Shown here in pieces: positions 15,132 through 29,180 of a DNA stretch of 64,000 nt. The stretch is from Lingula anatina (Eukaryota > Animalia > Brachiopoda). The stretch lies in contig CM120640.1 in the NCBI GenBank assembly GCA_051362555.1, positions 31,205,967 to 31,269,966 on the forward strand, given 5' to 3'. A program made the translations under genes and the position numbers. The notes under the pieces were generated by a model. It did not search any database and was not told the DNA's origin. It saw only the letters and a list, made by a program, of their open reading frames with translations. Position 1 is the stretch's first letter; each line of letters starts with the position of its first letter.

Positions 15132-18100
15132 CTTAAAGTTTATATTAAGAAGGTAAATATGACATACACTTATCTACACTTACCATTAGTGTATACACTT
15201 ATCTTAAACATGGCCCGCTGAGGGGTTAGATTATAATATTGTTTGTTATTTTAAAAAATAAGTACATTAATTAAATTTAAATAACAATGAAGTAAAATTG
15301 AATCAAATTAATAATAATAATAATAATAATAGTAATAATAAAGCAATATATAAGTAAAAATCTAAAAACTATATAACTTATTTAGTATATAAATAAAATT
15401 TACTTTTGATTTTTTTAAACATTTGTAAAAGTCTCCAAGTTTTTTAATGTCAGAGTTCATGCAGTTCCATATGTCAATTCAAGTCTATGTATAGGACCTG
15501 TACATAGTATGTCTTTATGTTTACCAATTGGTGAATAGAGATTTCCCTTATTACTTGACATGGCCTGTAGTGTCTATGGTTGTTGTACCCAGTAAGTCCC
15601 TAATGGATTTTGGTGAAAGTCCATTTAGTGATTTAAAAACTACTGTTGCTTTCTTGAATTCTATCTATTTATAAATTGTTTGCCAGTTCAGTTTCTTGAA
15701 TAGTTCAATTGATGGGTGGTTCTTGGCTTCCTTTTCTGGTGTATCTAAAATGATTCTTACACCACATTTTTGAAGTTTGTGTATGTCTTCTAGTTTTGTG
15801 CAGCTGCTCCATACAATGGGGAAGTGATCCAAATGAGGTAGTATGTGCACATTATAAAAGAGTTTCCTTGTTTCCTATGTTAGATATGGCTTTAATTTAG
15901 ATAAAAGAGACAGTTTGCTGATAATTTTTTTTCCAAGTTAAAACAGATAGTCATTCCAACCAAGATTTTCATTTATATGTATGCCTTAGAATTTTTCTGA
16001 TTGCACATTTTCTTAAACACCCTCATTGAACAAAACTTTTAATGAGCTTCCAGTTTTGCATGTTTCTGTCTAGGTGTGATAAGCATTTCCACTTTTATAT
16101 CCTACTTCTGAATTTCAGACCATCATTCAAGCATTTACTCTTACAGGCATCCATCTCTTCTTTACATGTGCTGAAAATGAATCAAATGTCACCCACAAGA
16201 CATCTAAATTACCACAAAGTGCAGTAAAAGAAAATCCACAGTGTTATCTTTTTAAAAAAATAAATAACAAAATTCCACAAAAAATATGTTTTCAATGCAG
16301 TACCACACATCAAAGTTGAGCAAAGTTCATGACATTGTTCTTTTCATTGTCTACAGCCCTTTTGACTGCTCAATAAAAAGGTGCCTGAAGTTTTATGGGG
16401 AAATTATGTCCAATTTCTTTCAAATTCTCTTATTAACTTGTCTTTGTGGAGAAATGAAATTGAGCAGGACACATCTGGTTGGTGACTTGTTTATAACTTT
16501 TCAAAACACTTTAAAATGACAGGCATTATTTTGGTGATGAGAAAATTTGAAGTGACTTTCTTTCTTGTGATTCACTCACTTGTTTAATGGAAAAACTGGA
16601 AGTGACGCTTGCTCAATTAGGTAGAATTTCACCAGCATTTTAAACCTGTCTTCAGGGGGAAAAGGACACCCATAAAAAGGCAATCGCTTTGCCCTGACCA
16701 AAATTGTGCATTTGTAATAATATGTCCTGTGTGTGCTAAGTAGAGCAGAGGAATATTAGTTACAAAGAAACACCAAATTGTTGCTATTAAACTGTTGTTT
16801 GCTGTTATTTCAGCTCAATTTGCAGTTTGCTGACAGGCAGGAAGTTAAAGGAGTTAGACAGGTGGAACAGAAGACATGGACCACAATACAGGTGTGCCTG
16901 ATATGTAGACCTGTGTGTACCAAAAACCAAGGATAGAAAAAAATCAAAATACACAAATTTAAAGGATAACAACTGTTCATTTTGGCCAAAAAAAAAATGT
17001 AATTTCCTAGGGTAAACAACAATTTTCCCATACTTAGCAATGGTAAATGAATCAGTCCTGACATTCAAAGTTAGCCCTGTTTTTTTTTTTTTTTTCCTAA
17101 AAAGTTTGGTTTTTTGTTATAATCTCTTAAGATATTTTTACAGAGGGTAGCTATCTATGGAGGTCACATGGTCGGATGGCACGCACAGATTCTAAAATAA
17201 TTGCGATAACCACTGTGGTAAAATGGATTTTATCATATATCTCTATGAATTGCTTACAATGTATTTATTGCAAAATATAGATCTTATATGAAGAGCTGTT
17301 ATCCCTTTAATTAAAACAATTCCTTTTTAGTAATGCAGTCTGTAAAATAAATCTCTGATAATCTTTAATTTTTACAATGAAAAAATGTAATCAGTACAGT
17401 TATAAAAGTCAATATATCCAGGATACCGACACAACTCACCCAACTCTTGATATCTTATTCACAAGACTTAATTTATAGCATATATTTTCCTTAGGAAGAT
17501 TCTGTTCTCTAGAACTCAAGAATTCACTCAAATATTTTAGCTAATAGGAATATTTAAACATTATATTTCTTGCACAGCAATTTTCATGGGAATTGTCATT
17601 TAGATCAATGATGCCTAACTACTTTAAAGTATTTCAACTAATATTAATAATCTTCATTTGTTGTAATGTGGTCTACACAAACTAGCATCATTTCATCCAT
17701 TGTGAGAATCAATCTTTTACATTCTGCATGATCACTCTCATGGCTATTCTAAGTTTCCCCCCAAAATTCCACTGATGAAATTATCTTCAAAGTCATGAAA
17801 AAGTTAGTCATACTTTTGCTTTCTTTTTACATATTTTCCTATATACGCATCCCCCCCCCCCCCCAAAAAAAAAAAGAAATGCTATGAGTACAAAAAACAG
17901 CTAAACTTATAAACAGTACAACACTAGTCAAGAAGTCCAGAAGGTCTGAATGCATTAATTTAATTAAAAAGCAGTAAAAAGAATGGTTAGTTCTTAAGTG
18001 TGGAACAGAGTTTCACCATGCCTTGAAGCTCAAACACCTTTCAAAATCATCCAATAGATAAGTGTCCTTTAGACACTGTGTTAAACCTTCAAGGGAACAC

Positions 18101-21100
18101 TGCGTCATAATGTCTTGTTGCAATACCATAGTGGGACTGGCACTCAGAACATAAAATATCATTCCACAAGGGGTCTAGTTGTTCACAAGCTTTTCTTCCA
18201 CAATCTTTTACTAATGGATCTTAATTATACTCCTCCAAGCATTTCAAACGCCAGCACTATGTTCTTAAAAATAACTTAACTTGAAACATGCAGATTTTGA
18301 CTTAAGTATTCCCTACTTTTAAATCATTATTTCACCCCAAGTTAAATAACTGTGTAAATTTTATGTTTCTTTGTGTAATGTGAACTTTTTGACCAAAAGG
18401 GAGTCTAAAATCCATTAACTCTGGAAGTCCTAGGGGACACAGACTTCCTGTTCTCCCATTTTGCAAAAAAAGCAAAGACAAAACTAGTGTGGTACAAAGA
18501 CAAGACTAGTCAGCTGGTACAATGACAAGATTAGTCAGCAGGTACAATGACAAGATTAGTGTGGTACAATGACAAGATTAGTGTGGTACAATGACAAGAC
18601 TAGTAAGCTGGTATAATGACAAGACTAGTGTGGTACAAAGACAAGACTAGTCAGCTGGTACAATGACAAGATTAGTGTGGTACAATGACAAGACTAGTCA
18701 GCTGGTACAATGACAAGATTAGTCAGCTGGTACAATGACAAGACTAGTATGGTACAATGACAAGACTAGTCAGCTGGTACAATGACAAGACTAGTGTGGT
18801 ACAATGACAAGACTAGTCAGCTGGTACAATGACAAAGCTAGTGTGATACAATGACAAGGCTTGTCTGGTGCAATGACAAAATCAGTCTGGTACAATGACA
18901 AGACTAGTCTGGTACAATGGCAAAGCTAGTGTGGTACAATGACAAAACTAGCTGGTACAATGACAAAATCAGTCAGGTACAATGACAAGATTAGTGCGGT
19001 ACAATGACAAGACTAGTGTGGTACAGTGACAAGGCTAGTCTGATACCAGTTCTTTAACATATTCAAATTGGGAATTTCAAAAAATCACTTTCCTTTCAAA
19101 CATCTATGGCTAATTTTAAATTATAATCTCTCGTTTTCTTATAACATTCCTTTTAATGGAATATGAAACACATCTAAATTGATGTCCTATCATCCTTTGT
19201 CTCACAAATGTGGTATTAGACTTGAGTATACCAAGAGTATGTAAATATTATTAACATAATCTATGAAAAATTGAATCAATATTAATTTACAAGTACTTTT
19301 TCTGGGTCAATTCCATTTTTTAATAGTTTTTAGCAGTTATAAAAAGGCAAGATGAAAAAGGATACCAAAAAGTACTCAAGCAGCTCGATAAATCACATAA
19401 AAAGAAAAATGAAAGACTGGTAAAAGCTTAAAAGCCAAGTAAAAGCATTAGTTTGTGGTTACCTTAAATCCACATTTATTATTCCTCTCATTTGTGACAA
19501 ACATTTTCATTCTTAACAGTTCAACTCCATCATCTAGTCTGGGCCTAATATGAAGAGCAATAAAACCCAACTTCATTGCTCTGGCGCCTGTCAGTCACAT
19601 TAACAGTTTCATTTAACCACAAAGATGTTACAGCAGCCACTTCTAACTGTCATCCTTCAATTTGTGGGCTTTTGGTTGGGATGTTTTTTACTTGTCCTTG
19701 GCCTTTAAGTACAATACTCTATGCATAAGTATTAATTAGAGGACATTAATGCATGATGCAATTATAAGAAGTAATTTAATAAATTGCTTATTGCATAAGT
19801 TATCATTTCCATTAAAAAATAGGCCTTTGCAGCATCTATATCAAGACAATTCAAATCGAAAATAATGTTTTTCACCACAGTAAAAATGTATATATTTATA
19901 AAAAAAACAGTCTCCTTTCCAATGATGAGGCCATAATAACTTGTCCACTTCACAAAACTACAGTATCTTCTACTTGAAAAAGACAAGTCCTCCAAAGCCA
20001 CAGAGAGAAAGCAGATACTTTCATCATGGCTTCAAGTAATCTTCAAACACAATTCACAAAAGCCAGTGACACTTCGTAATTTACCATCCCTAAGAACAAC
20101 ATTCTGTATTCATTTCTTATAACTTAATTAATGGATGCTTAATAGAACCACATTAATTCAATGGCAATGCAAATAAACCTGCTAAGGCAATGGTTACACA
20201 TGATTTATGTTGAACCCAGCACAGGCACTTCACCTTAATAAACAGGATTAAAAACTTGTGAACAGATGGATCTGCATGGTAATCAATGGTCTGACCAACT
20301 GTTTACCATGCAAACGCAAGTCACTTCCAGGTGAAAAACTAATTTTATTTATAAGAAGCAAAGATAAATTACAGAACTGGCAGCTACTGAGTGGCAGTAA
20401 GATTGATAAAATATCTGATCCTTCGATCTCAATGTCATTTGTCAGCAAGTGTTTCTTGAATTTGATGTTTGCAAGAAGACAGTAACCCAATTTCCCCATG
20501 TTTCTTGAATTTGATGTTTGCAAGAAGACAGTAACCCAATTTCAAAAAATTTCAAAAAATTAAAACCCCATCCAAAAAGAAAAAGTAAGCTTAAAAACTT
20601 TCAATTGCTTTCATGCTGATAAAAATTCTTTTCTCTTGATTTTTTTTTCATATATATAATTTTAATTGGAATGAACAGGACAACATATTTCTAAAATTTC
20701 GAAATAAAGCCACCATTTATTAATTCTATTTTTTACAATAATATAATGACTAATTCATACCAAATAAAATGCTCACAGAAAAAGCCCTATCAAAGAGAGA
20801 GTTATCCGACCACAACTTATGAACGTGGCTGTTACAGTATTCCATTCAAGCTTTTTTCCAATCAAAATTACAACAGTTGAATGTACCAGACGAAAAATAA
20901 ATTGTCTAGGTTCATAAGAATCAGCCTCCTCACAAGCAGTGAAAACTCATATTAACCCATTGCCTCTGGCTATCTCTGAGACAACAGACAGATTAATTGT
21001 GATTTCTTTAATCAATTCATCTCAACCAAGTCCTACCCTATTGTAAATATTCTAAGCGTACTACCCACCCCAGTGTACTACTTGTATATTAGAAAATTTT

Positions 21101-24100
21101 ATGACTAACTCAAGGCAAACTCACAGCTACTTTGGCACTTTACCCGCACAGTGCTCTAAGAAGTAATTAACTTCATAAAGCAAGCTCAAAAGTAAATGAT
21201 CAAAATAGCTAAATACTCATCAAGTTTAACACAAATCATTGCAGTATAAAATATCTTATCCAATATTTTATCAACACCATTCTTTGTAACAATAACTACC
21301 ATTTCATCAGACTTGCTTAGTATTTCTAGCAACTATGACTTTTTTTTAGTTGAAAATATTGACAAACTCATTAACACACTCTCTTAACTATATTGCTAGG
21401 CATTTTGTACCAAAGAGGACGGGGTATAAAAAACTGCCCTACATTGATTAGTATAGAGTTTCTTGTCAGTTGTTATTGAGTCAGCAGCAATCATAAGTGT
21501 CCCACTAGCAAAATGTTCCCTCATTCAAACTGTATTCAGACCCTGTGCAAAATGAAAAGGTTTCCAACTGTTGCCTTGGGGCCATCACTGCTGGCCTTTT
21601 ATTTACTAACAAAACTCATAAAACAGTCCATCAATTTTTATCAGTTTATGCCACTAAATGGTTGTACATCTCAAAGGCTAATTTTGTGAAAAATCGTCCT
21701 CTTGTTAGCAGGTTGCTGTGACTTCCTACAACGAAAACACACCACGTTTCCAGCATACCTCTTTGAACATGCCATACCACCTACCCTACATGAGAGAAAT
21801 TACATTTTCATTTTTTTGTTGTCAAGCTGTTTCACTACCATATTAGCCATCACAAGTGTCTTGCCTTTTTTCTCACTCTTTTCAGAGTCTTTTGTAAAAA
21901 GCTTGGTCATTTGTAAATTCTATTGTCTTGGTGAAGCTTTGAAATCCTATCCCAGCTATCAAGACACAGCAGGAGGAAGGAACTGCTCATTTTGACATTC
22001 AATATGGGGCATATGCCGAGATCATCTGCTCTCAAAAAATGACTACAATTTTATTTTATGTCAAGCTGAGTCTTTCACTCCAGCCTGTCAACTCTGATAG
22101 AGCTGTATTCTATTACATGGCTAGGAAATGGGTTTGAAAGAAAGAAGTGTCCAACAAATTGCACCAAAGATATTACTCCAAACAAATAGCAAAAGAGGAT
22201 TTGTTGAATCTGCCTAATCTTCAGGCACTCAAAAAAGATGTGTATATTGTATCCTTTCACAATTGGCCTAATAGCTTTAAGCACACAGTTAAGAACCCTT
22301 GTGGTAAAAATATTAATAAAATACAGATTAAGTTCCTGAGCAGTAAATACCTATGAACAAAATTTAAAAAAAAAAAAAAACGAAAAATATAAATTAAAAA
22401 AGAAGAAATTGTTGGACAGAAAAAGAAAATTGCCATGAATGATTAATAATTGATATATCATATAATTAAAACAAGGCAGCAAAGCCATTTATATGGACAG
22501 ACAAATAAATGTCATTACTGATAAAATGATGTTAAAACAGGCTAAAATGATAAGCAACCTATTTACCAATGAAAGTGCACAAAGATGTTTTTGTCAATTT
22601 TTATGTAATAATATGTACTGATAACAGGAAATGAAACAACAAATGGCCCACCCAAATATAAGTACAAAATCCACTTGCCCAAATACTGGTGTACCTTTTT
22701 GTATGCAAAATACAGGTTTTAACAAAATAAACTTTCAGTCATGAAGGTATTTATCATGACAGGCCAGGGGGCAGGTATGTTTATCCACTTTGTCCTTTTC
22801 TCTTCTCACAGCTGCTTGTTCTCAATCGTCAATTTACTTCTGTTAGCTATCACAATGCTTATTCATTTTGACAACCTCTGTATTTGGTCAGTTTATAAGC
22901 AATTGGCTTAGGTCCACTTTCATAATTTCAACTTTCCTCTCTTATTTATTACAAGACTAAGCTATCCACCTAACTTTCTCATGGCAGCTTGGGAAATATT
23001 AAATTATTACGCTCCATTTCTTTAACCCTTTGGCACATTAGATCTTACCTCTATCCCCTGCTTATATCATACTAATATTAATATTAGTAAATTTCTAATT
23101 TTTTGGTTTGCTTGATTTTCTCCATTATTTCTCATACCGTTATCTATTGTCATCAATTTTTCCTTCATTACACTATTATTTACATTTGTTCAGCTTAATT
23201 TTGTGCATTTCAATTCATCATTGTCTTTTAGTATTTTTCATTTATCATCTGATCTTTATAAATACAACATTCTACTTAATGGTTTTCTTTGCTTTTTTTT
23301 TTCATTACAGTACTACATTCTTAAATTATTTGCTCCACTTATATGATTACATTATGTACTTCATATTTTTCCTCATAATTTCCAGGTCTCAATATAATAA
23401 ATCATTCTTATTATTTAAATACTGATCCTTCATCTTATGGTTAATCTAATACATTTAAATAAAGATCCTTAATCTTATGGTTAATCTAATACTACATATT
23501 TTATAGCACTGAAAAATGCCAATTTGTGAAGAAAATGCCAATTTGTAAGTAAAATTAAGTTATTTTGTTTATAGGAAAAATGTACAGATTTGACATTTGA
23601 AAAGTGCAATTTTGGACACTCCCTTACAAAGTACTTGATAACATAATCACTCTTATTTTTAAATAAATGCTGGCATTCAGAAAATGTGATAAAATAAAAG
23701 CTTCATACCAACATGGTAACATAATGATACCTAAAGGGCCCATCTTTAAACCCAACTATTCTTTCATGGTCATGGATAAGCTTAGCTAGATTACAGAGAC
23801 AATAGCATTCAAACTGAAGTTATTGTGTTAGCAATAAAAGTGCTTAGAATTTATGGACAATACATTATAAATATTAAATTATAACCACAATCAATAATTT
23901 TCTCTGACCAATCAACATTACTGCCATATTCACAAAAAGTCTCTAAGATAAAACTTTCCACCCACTTGACTAAATGCCTTAAAAATGGCAAACTGGTTTT
24001 TTCTACAACCAGACTAACATCAGTGCATAAAAATAATCTTATTCAACTGGTTATGAAACATACTGCGTTCACACTATGCTCAGTTATCCGGATAAGTTGC

Positions 24101-27100
24101 GAATTAGGTCACAATTAGAATAAATGCAGTAGTGTGAACGCAAGAGGATTTCTGTAATTCGAATTTTCGTAATCCTGCAAGCGAGGTGGATTTCTAAGCG
24201 TGGTTCGAATCAGTAGCCGGAAGTAAACAGTGTGGAGATATCTCCGGCATGCACAGTACATGTCGGGAAACATACTTTTCTCAAAAAGCCTACTTCGCGT
24301 GCCATATAGGCGGGGTTGTCCAAATATTCTTTGTTTTGCTTTACAATGTTTTTTTCCCCCAGTAGAAAGCGGAAAAATTCCAGAGAAATAAACATGTAGT
24401 CATTTCGTACTGCTTGATGCAGCGCATGCGCAGTTGTTTACGCAGGAAGTTTCATCTGGATTTTGGCTTTGCCGATGCGGTTTCCACTTTAAAGTGTGAA
24501 CGCAAAACAGAATTGAATTTCTCACGAAAAAATTCAGATTATAGAAATGCCAATTTTTGCAACTGTAGTGTGAATGGGGTAACAGTGTCTGTCCATAAAA
24601 AGCCTTCCTTTTTGTGCCTCTCAAACCAATGACCGACAGACTCTATCCAAGGACACCTGTGCCAGAACCACTTTGCCAAGTTAACTTGCTCTAGTATTAA
24701 GAAAATCTATTTTGATTGTTCATTTCTGGATCCAATATAACATATGATTTGGAGTCATTAGAGCACCCAATGGGATGCACACATTAAAAACAGCCAAACG
24801 GGACCCATATTTAACTCAATACAAATTATCTCACTTCAGAACAAGGCCTCAGTAGGAAAGCAATTCATTACTGTGACCCAACAATGGAGAAGCTTTTCAT
24901 AACTGCACCCCGATAGCTGAGGGGAAGGAGAACATTTTTCTGGCAGACTGAGCACTTTTTGGCTGCAAAATGGTAAATTTGTTCAGTTACGGAATTGTGC
25001 AGTGTTGGAGTGAAATAAGAGAAGCTTGGTGGTATCAGGTATTGTTGGATACAATACCACACCCTAAAGCAATGAGGTCATCCCCCGGGGTGATGCTGCA
25101 TACTCCTGTTATTTGTTGCCTTCCACTTTTTGACATGGAAGTAGTAATTGGACCCTTAACTCGTAGGTAGCAATCTTGACCAGAACGCTAAGCAGCCATC
25201 AAAATAAAGGACAGAGGCCAATGTACAACTATTACCATAAAATCACCTTGTATTGTAAGGCTTGGCTGAGCTGGATAATTAATAAGTATCTCACATCAAC
25301 CACTGTTAATTTCAATTAAATTCAAAACAATTTTCTGAAAACAGTTCTTCATCAATAAATTCAAGAATTGCAACATATGCCTATGAAATAGTAAATTCTT
25401 TATAAAATTGGAAAAACTAGCAAAGAATTGCATCAATTACCTATAAAATAGTAAATTCTTTATGAAATTGGAAAAATTGAAATTCTAAACTTTTAAGGGT
25501 ATTAGGGTATTTTAAGGGTATTAGCCTTTAGTGGTGTTAAATTATCCTTCTTAATGACATTCTTTTATCCAATTTTTAAAATAACTATATTCCTGCTAAT
25601 GTATTCTTCAACTCTAAATTACCCAACACAACCATCTTTATAAGCATAATAATCTGAAGTTTTTTAAATAAAGGTTTCTGTCAACTAAAAATTCAGTTTG
25701 GAAATAAAAGGGTTTTACCAATTTCTTAAAATCTTGCATCTTTTTTTATTTCTATGTAATCCACAAAAAAACGCAAATACACATACCATGTCAGTTCATG
25801 GCAGACTTTGAAATAAATTTTGGTGCCCTGATCCACTATCAAATCTATCAAATGTAAACAAACCAGTAAATAACAATGGCAGTGTTTACGCAAAGTGGAA
25901 ACCGCATCGGCAAAGCCAAAATCTAGGTGAAACTTCCTGCGTAAACAACTGCGTATGTGCTGCATCAAGCAATACAAAACAAGGTTTTGCCAATTTTGAA
26001 GCAATATCGCCTGCAAAGTGTCTTGTTTTTCCTAATTCAGAGCTTAAAGATGCTTCTTTATCTGAAGCATAAGTGTCATTTTTATCTTCTGAGCCATGTC
26101 AGGTAGTCATGATAGCTTTCAACATCTGTAACATATATGACACAGGGCCACAATACAAAACACAGCACCATTTTCTTGTACTGTGAGGTGAACACATGGC
26201 CATGCTTGGTGAAGGCCAAGGACAGCAGATGTCATTCTAAACAACAGGACAGTCATTTGGAACAAAATAATTGAATTAAAAATGAAAGAAGACATCAAAT
26301 TCAACTTTAGGGAAGGGTCAAGCAATGATTCGTGAGAAGAAAATTAACTTTTACCCATGGACAATTCATTTTGGCTGGTAAAAGATAAGGAAAGTTCTTT
26401 TAATAATAATAATAATTATTATTATTTATTTATTTCTTTCTTCACACTGTGCTTCACGTAAGTCTGAGTGCTAATAACATAAAATATCTACAACTAACTA
26501 GATTAACTTAAACTATTGTAATAGTAATTTAAGCTATAACAGATATAAATTAACAGAAATAGTCTGAATATTCTTTGAAAGTCTTTAATAAGAGAAACAT
26601 TGGCAAATAAACTAAACCATAAAATTGGAGCTGAAAACTCCTTTGGCCTTTTGTCTTAAGTCTTTTTTGTTTATTATCTGTTAAGTTTAATACACATAGA
26701 TATATTCATGTTTTTGATTGGTGCATACTAAAGAGATGAGCATCCAGACACAGAACAAGGTCATTAAAGGTCAAGCAGTGATTGGTATATCTATTAATAA
26801 TTACCAAATAACTATCAAAATTTTTTTAAACTTTACTCTCCACCTGTAACAAGCTTATATTTTCCTAGTATACAGCAAACTTCTAAATCTATGACTATTC
26901 AGTGAGATCAGGGAGGCAAGGCTTATGGTTCATGCTTGACACTAAGACTGGGTCCCATACCTAGATTGATCTAACAGGATCCATCTCCAAGGGGTTTCTC
27001 GCTAAATTGCTTTCAGCTTAAGCGGCTTAGATGTCTCCTGAAGCTGCTAAATGATAAAAAATTACCCCCTATCAGCTTCAGTGGGCATGACAGACACGTA

Positions 27101-28483
27101 AGCTGCTTAAGTTGATTGCAATTTAACGAGAATCCCCTCGAAATTAGATCGATCCACAGTTACTACAATAAAGTCTGGGAATGAACCCTAATTGGCCATC
27201 AGAGGAATACAAGCAATATATGTTTCTTATGTTGACTTGGTTAGTTTTAAGTCACCTGGTGGGATTTTTGGTCATTTTGGATGACCACTTACTTCAAATA
27301 CCATTTAAGAGTTATTTAAAGCTAAAGCCAGACAGAAAAGCTACAACAATTAAGATCCTAACTTCATTGTGTGACACTGATATCTGACAACAAATAAGGA
27401 GACGATTCACATCATGTAATGTGATTGAGAAAATGTATCTTCACCATATCAGTCAGTTCCCAAGGTAATTAGCTAAATTTGCAACTGATACACCATACCT
27501 AATATAGAAAGGGTGAAAAATACTTCTGATTTTCAAATACTTAGAAAATGGTGGGACACATTTAATTGTATAGCTTTTCAGGTCATCAATAATGCCCCAT
27601 CTTGTGACAGGTGGAGAGAGAAATTCCACAGGGAACCCTTTTAGAAATCTTCTTTTGTAGCTTCCTACTTAAACGCTATGGTGATATAACCTAATATGAA
27701 GCAGTGCTGAGCATTTAATAGGGACATAAGGATTGGCTGCTACTTTTACACTAAACTCATATTTAATCAACTAAATTGAGACTGCATTGAAGAGTCTAGC
27801 TTTGAAGTGGGTCCTTCTTAATTGAAGTGGATAAACAGAAAGACAAGATGATGCTACTTAATTTAATACCCCAACAGATGCTGGGACAAAACCTGGTATC
27901 ATTCCTATAAGAGCTGCAAATGTCATTAACACTGAAAGGTGGATGTCTTCAGTGGGAGGAGCTAAGACCCTTAAATAACAATGATTATCAACAAGAGGAC
28001 AGCGTGTAGTGATAATCATCTTTCACTTTCTATTCAACAGAATGATTTTCTTCTAATAAACACAAATCTAAAATCTAATTTCCAGCACCTTGGCACACTT
28101 CATGTGCAACTCCCTCTAGCATGACCCATGTCTCTACATGAGTACATTAAGAGATGGGTGGGACTTGGAGGGGGGTAGAGAGAGATGTTTGGATATTTTA
28201 TGAAAACCATTTCACTTCAGGAATCTTTCTAAGATGAAAGAAGGCATAACAAACTTCAGAAAGGCTTGTACATACCTCCATTTAACTTTAAAGATGAAGA
28301 AGCTCACAACAATACTGTATGTGTACATTTTTTGCAACATCATCTTTCAACTTTTTTTGTACCTGGGTTTTTGATGAAAATGTCTACTTTTTGACAAATA
28401 AAAGTCCTACCACACCCATTAAAAATCCAAATTACTTTTAAAAAATCCACTCAAATCACCCTCAAACCATTTTCTATTTATTT

Positions 28484-28519
<36 letters not shown>

Positions 28520-29122
28520 GTGCATTCACTTTTTATTCTTCAGTTGCATGTTTTTACTTCTGATACATTATCAACAGTCCTACAGTAATTCATTATACTG
28601 TTACAATAATTCTTCAAAAAATCTTCTTAGCTTTAATGATTGGGCAATATTGTCCATACAACTATAGCTGACTTTATTGTTATTTTTGTTAAAGATCTTA
28701 TGTAACAATGTGAATACCCAACAAATGTCTAGGAAAAAATGTAACTTATAAGAAGTGAGAACCGAAAACTAAACAAAAGAATACATTGGCATATTTGAAT
28801 GTGAATTTAAGTATAGATGTAATATCCACAAGACCTCTTTCAACTGCTTAGCAAAACGCCACCGTGCCTCATTAAGCAACTATATTTGGACTCTTAAGGA
28901 CAAAAAAATTAAATATGGACTGAAATGGACAATACTAAGAAAAGCACAACCATACTCAAATATAACCAAATGGTGCCAGCTCTGCCCATGGGAAAAAAAA
29001 TTTACATCATAACTGCGTAAAGACAGAAAACTCTAAACTAAAAAAAAAGAACTCATCAGCAAATGCTGACATTCCAGAAAATACCTGCTAAAAACCATTG
29101 ATTATACATACTAATTTATTTG

Positions 29123-29180
<58 letters not shown>

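Noticed and set aside
18473-19046. CRISPR-like appearance of the short repeat array
   Set aside because: No unique spacers (only 2-5-nt variants), no cas genes, eukaryotic context. It is a minisatellite.
20445-25480. Short local tandem duplications (~45 bp at 20450-20542, ~40 bp at 23414-23493, ~60 bp at 25363-25477)
   Set aside because: Ordinary slippage duplications with no further structure.
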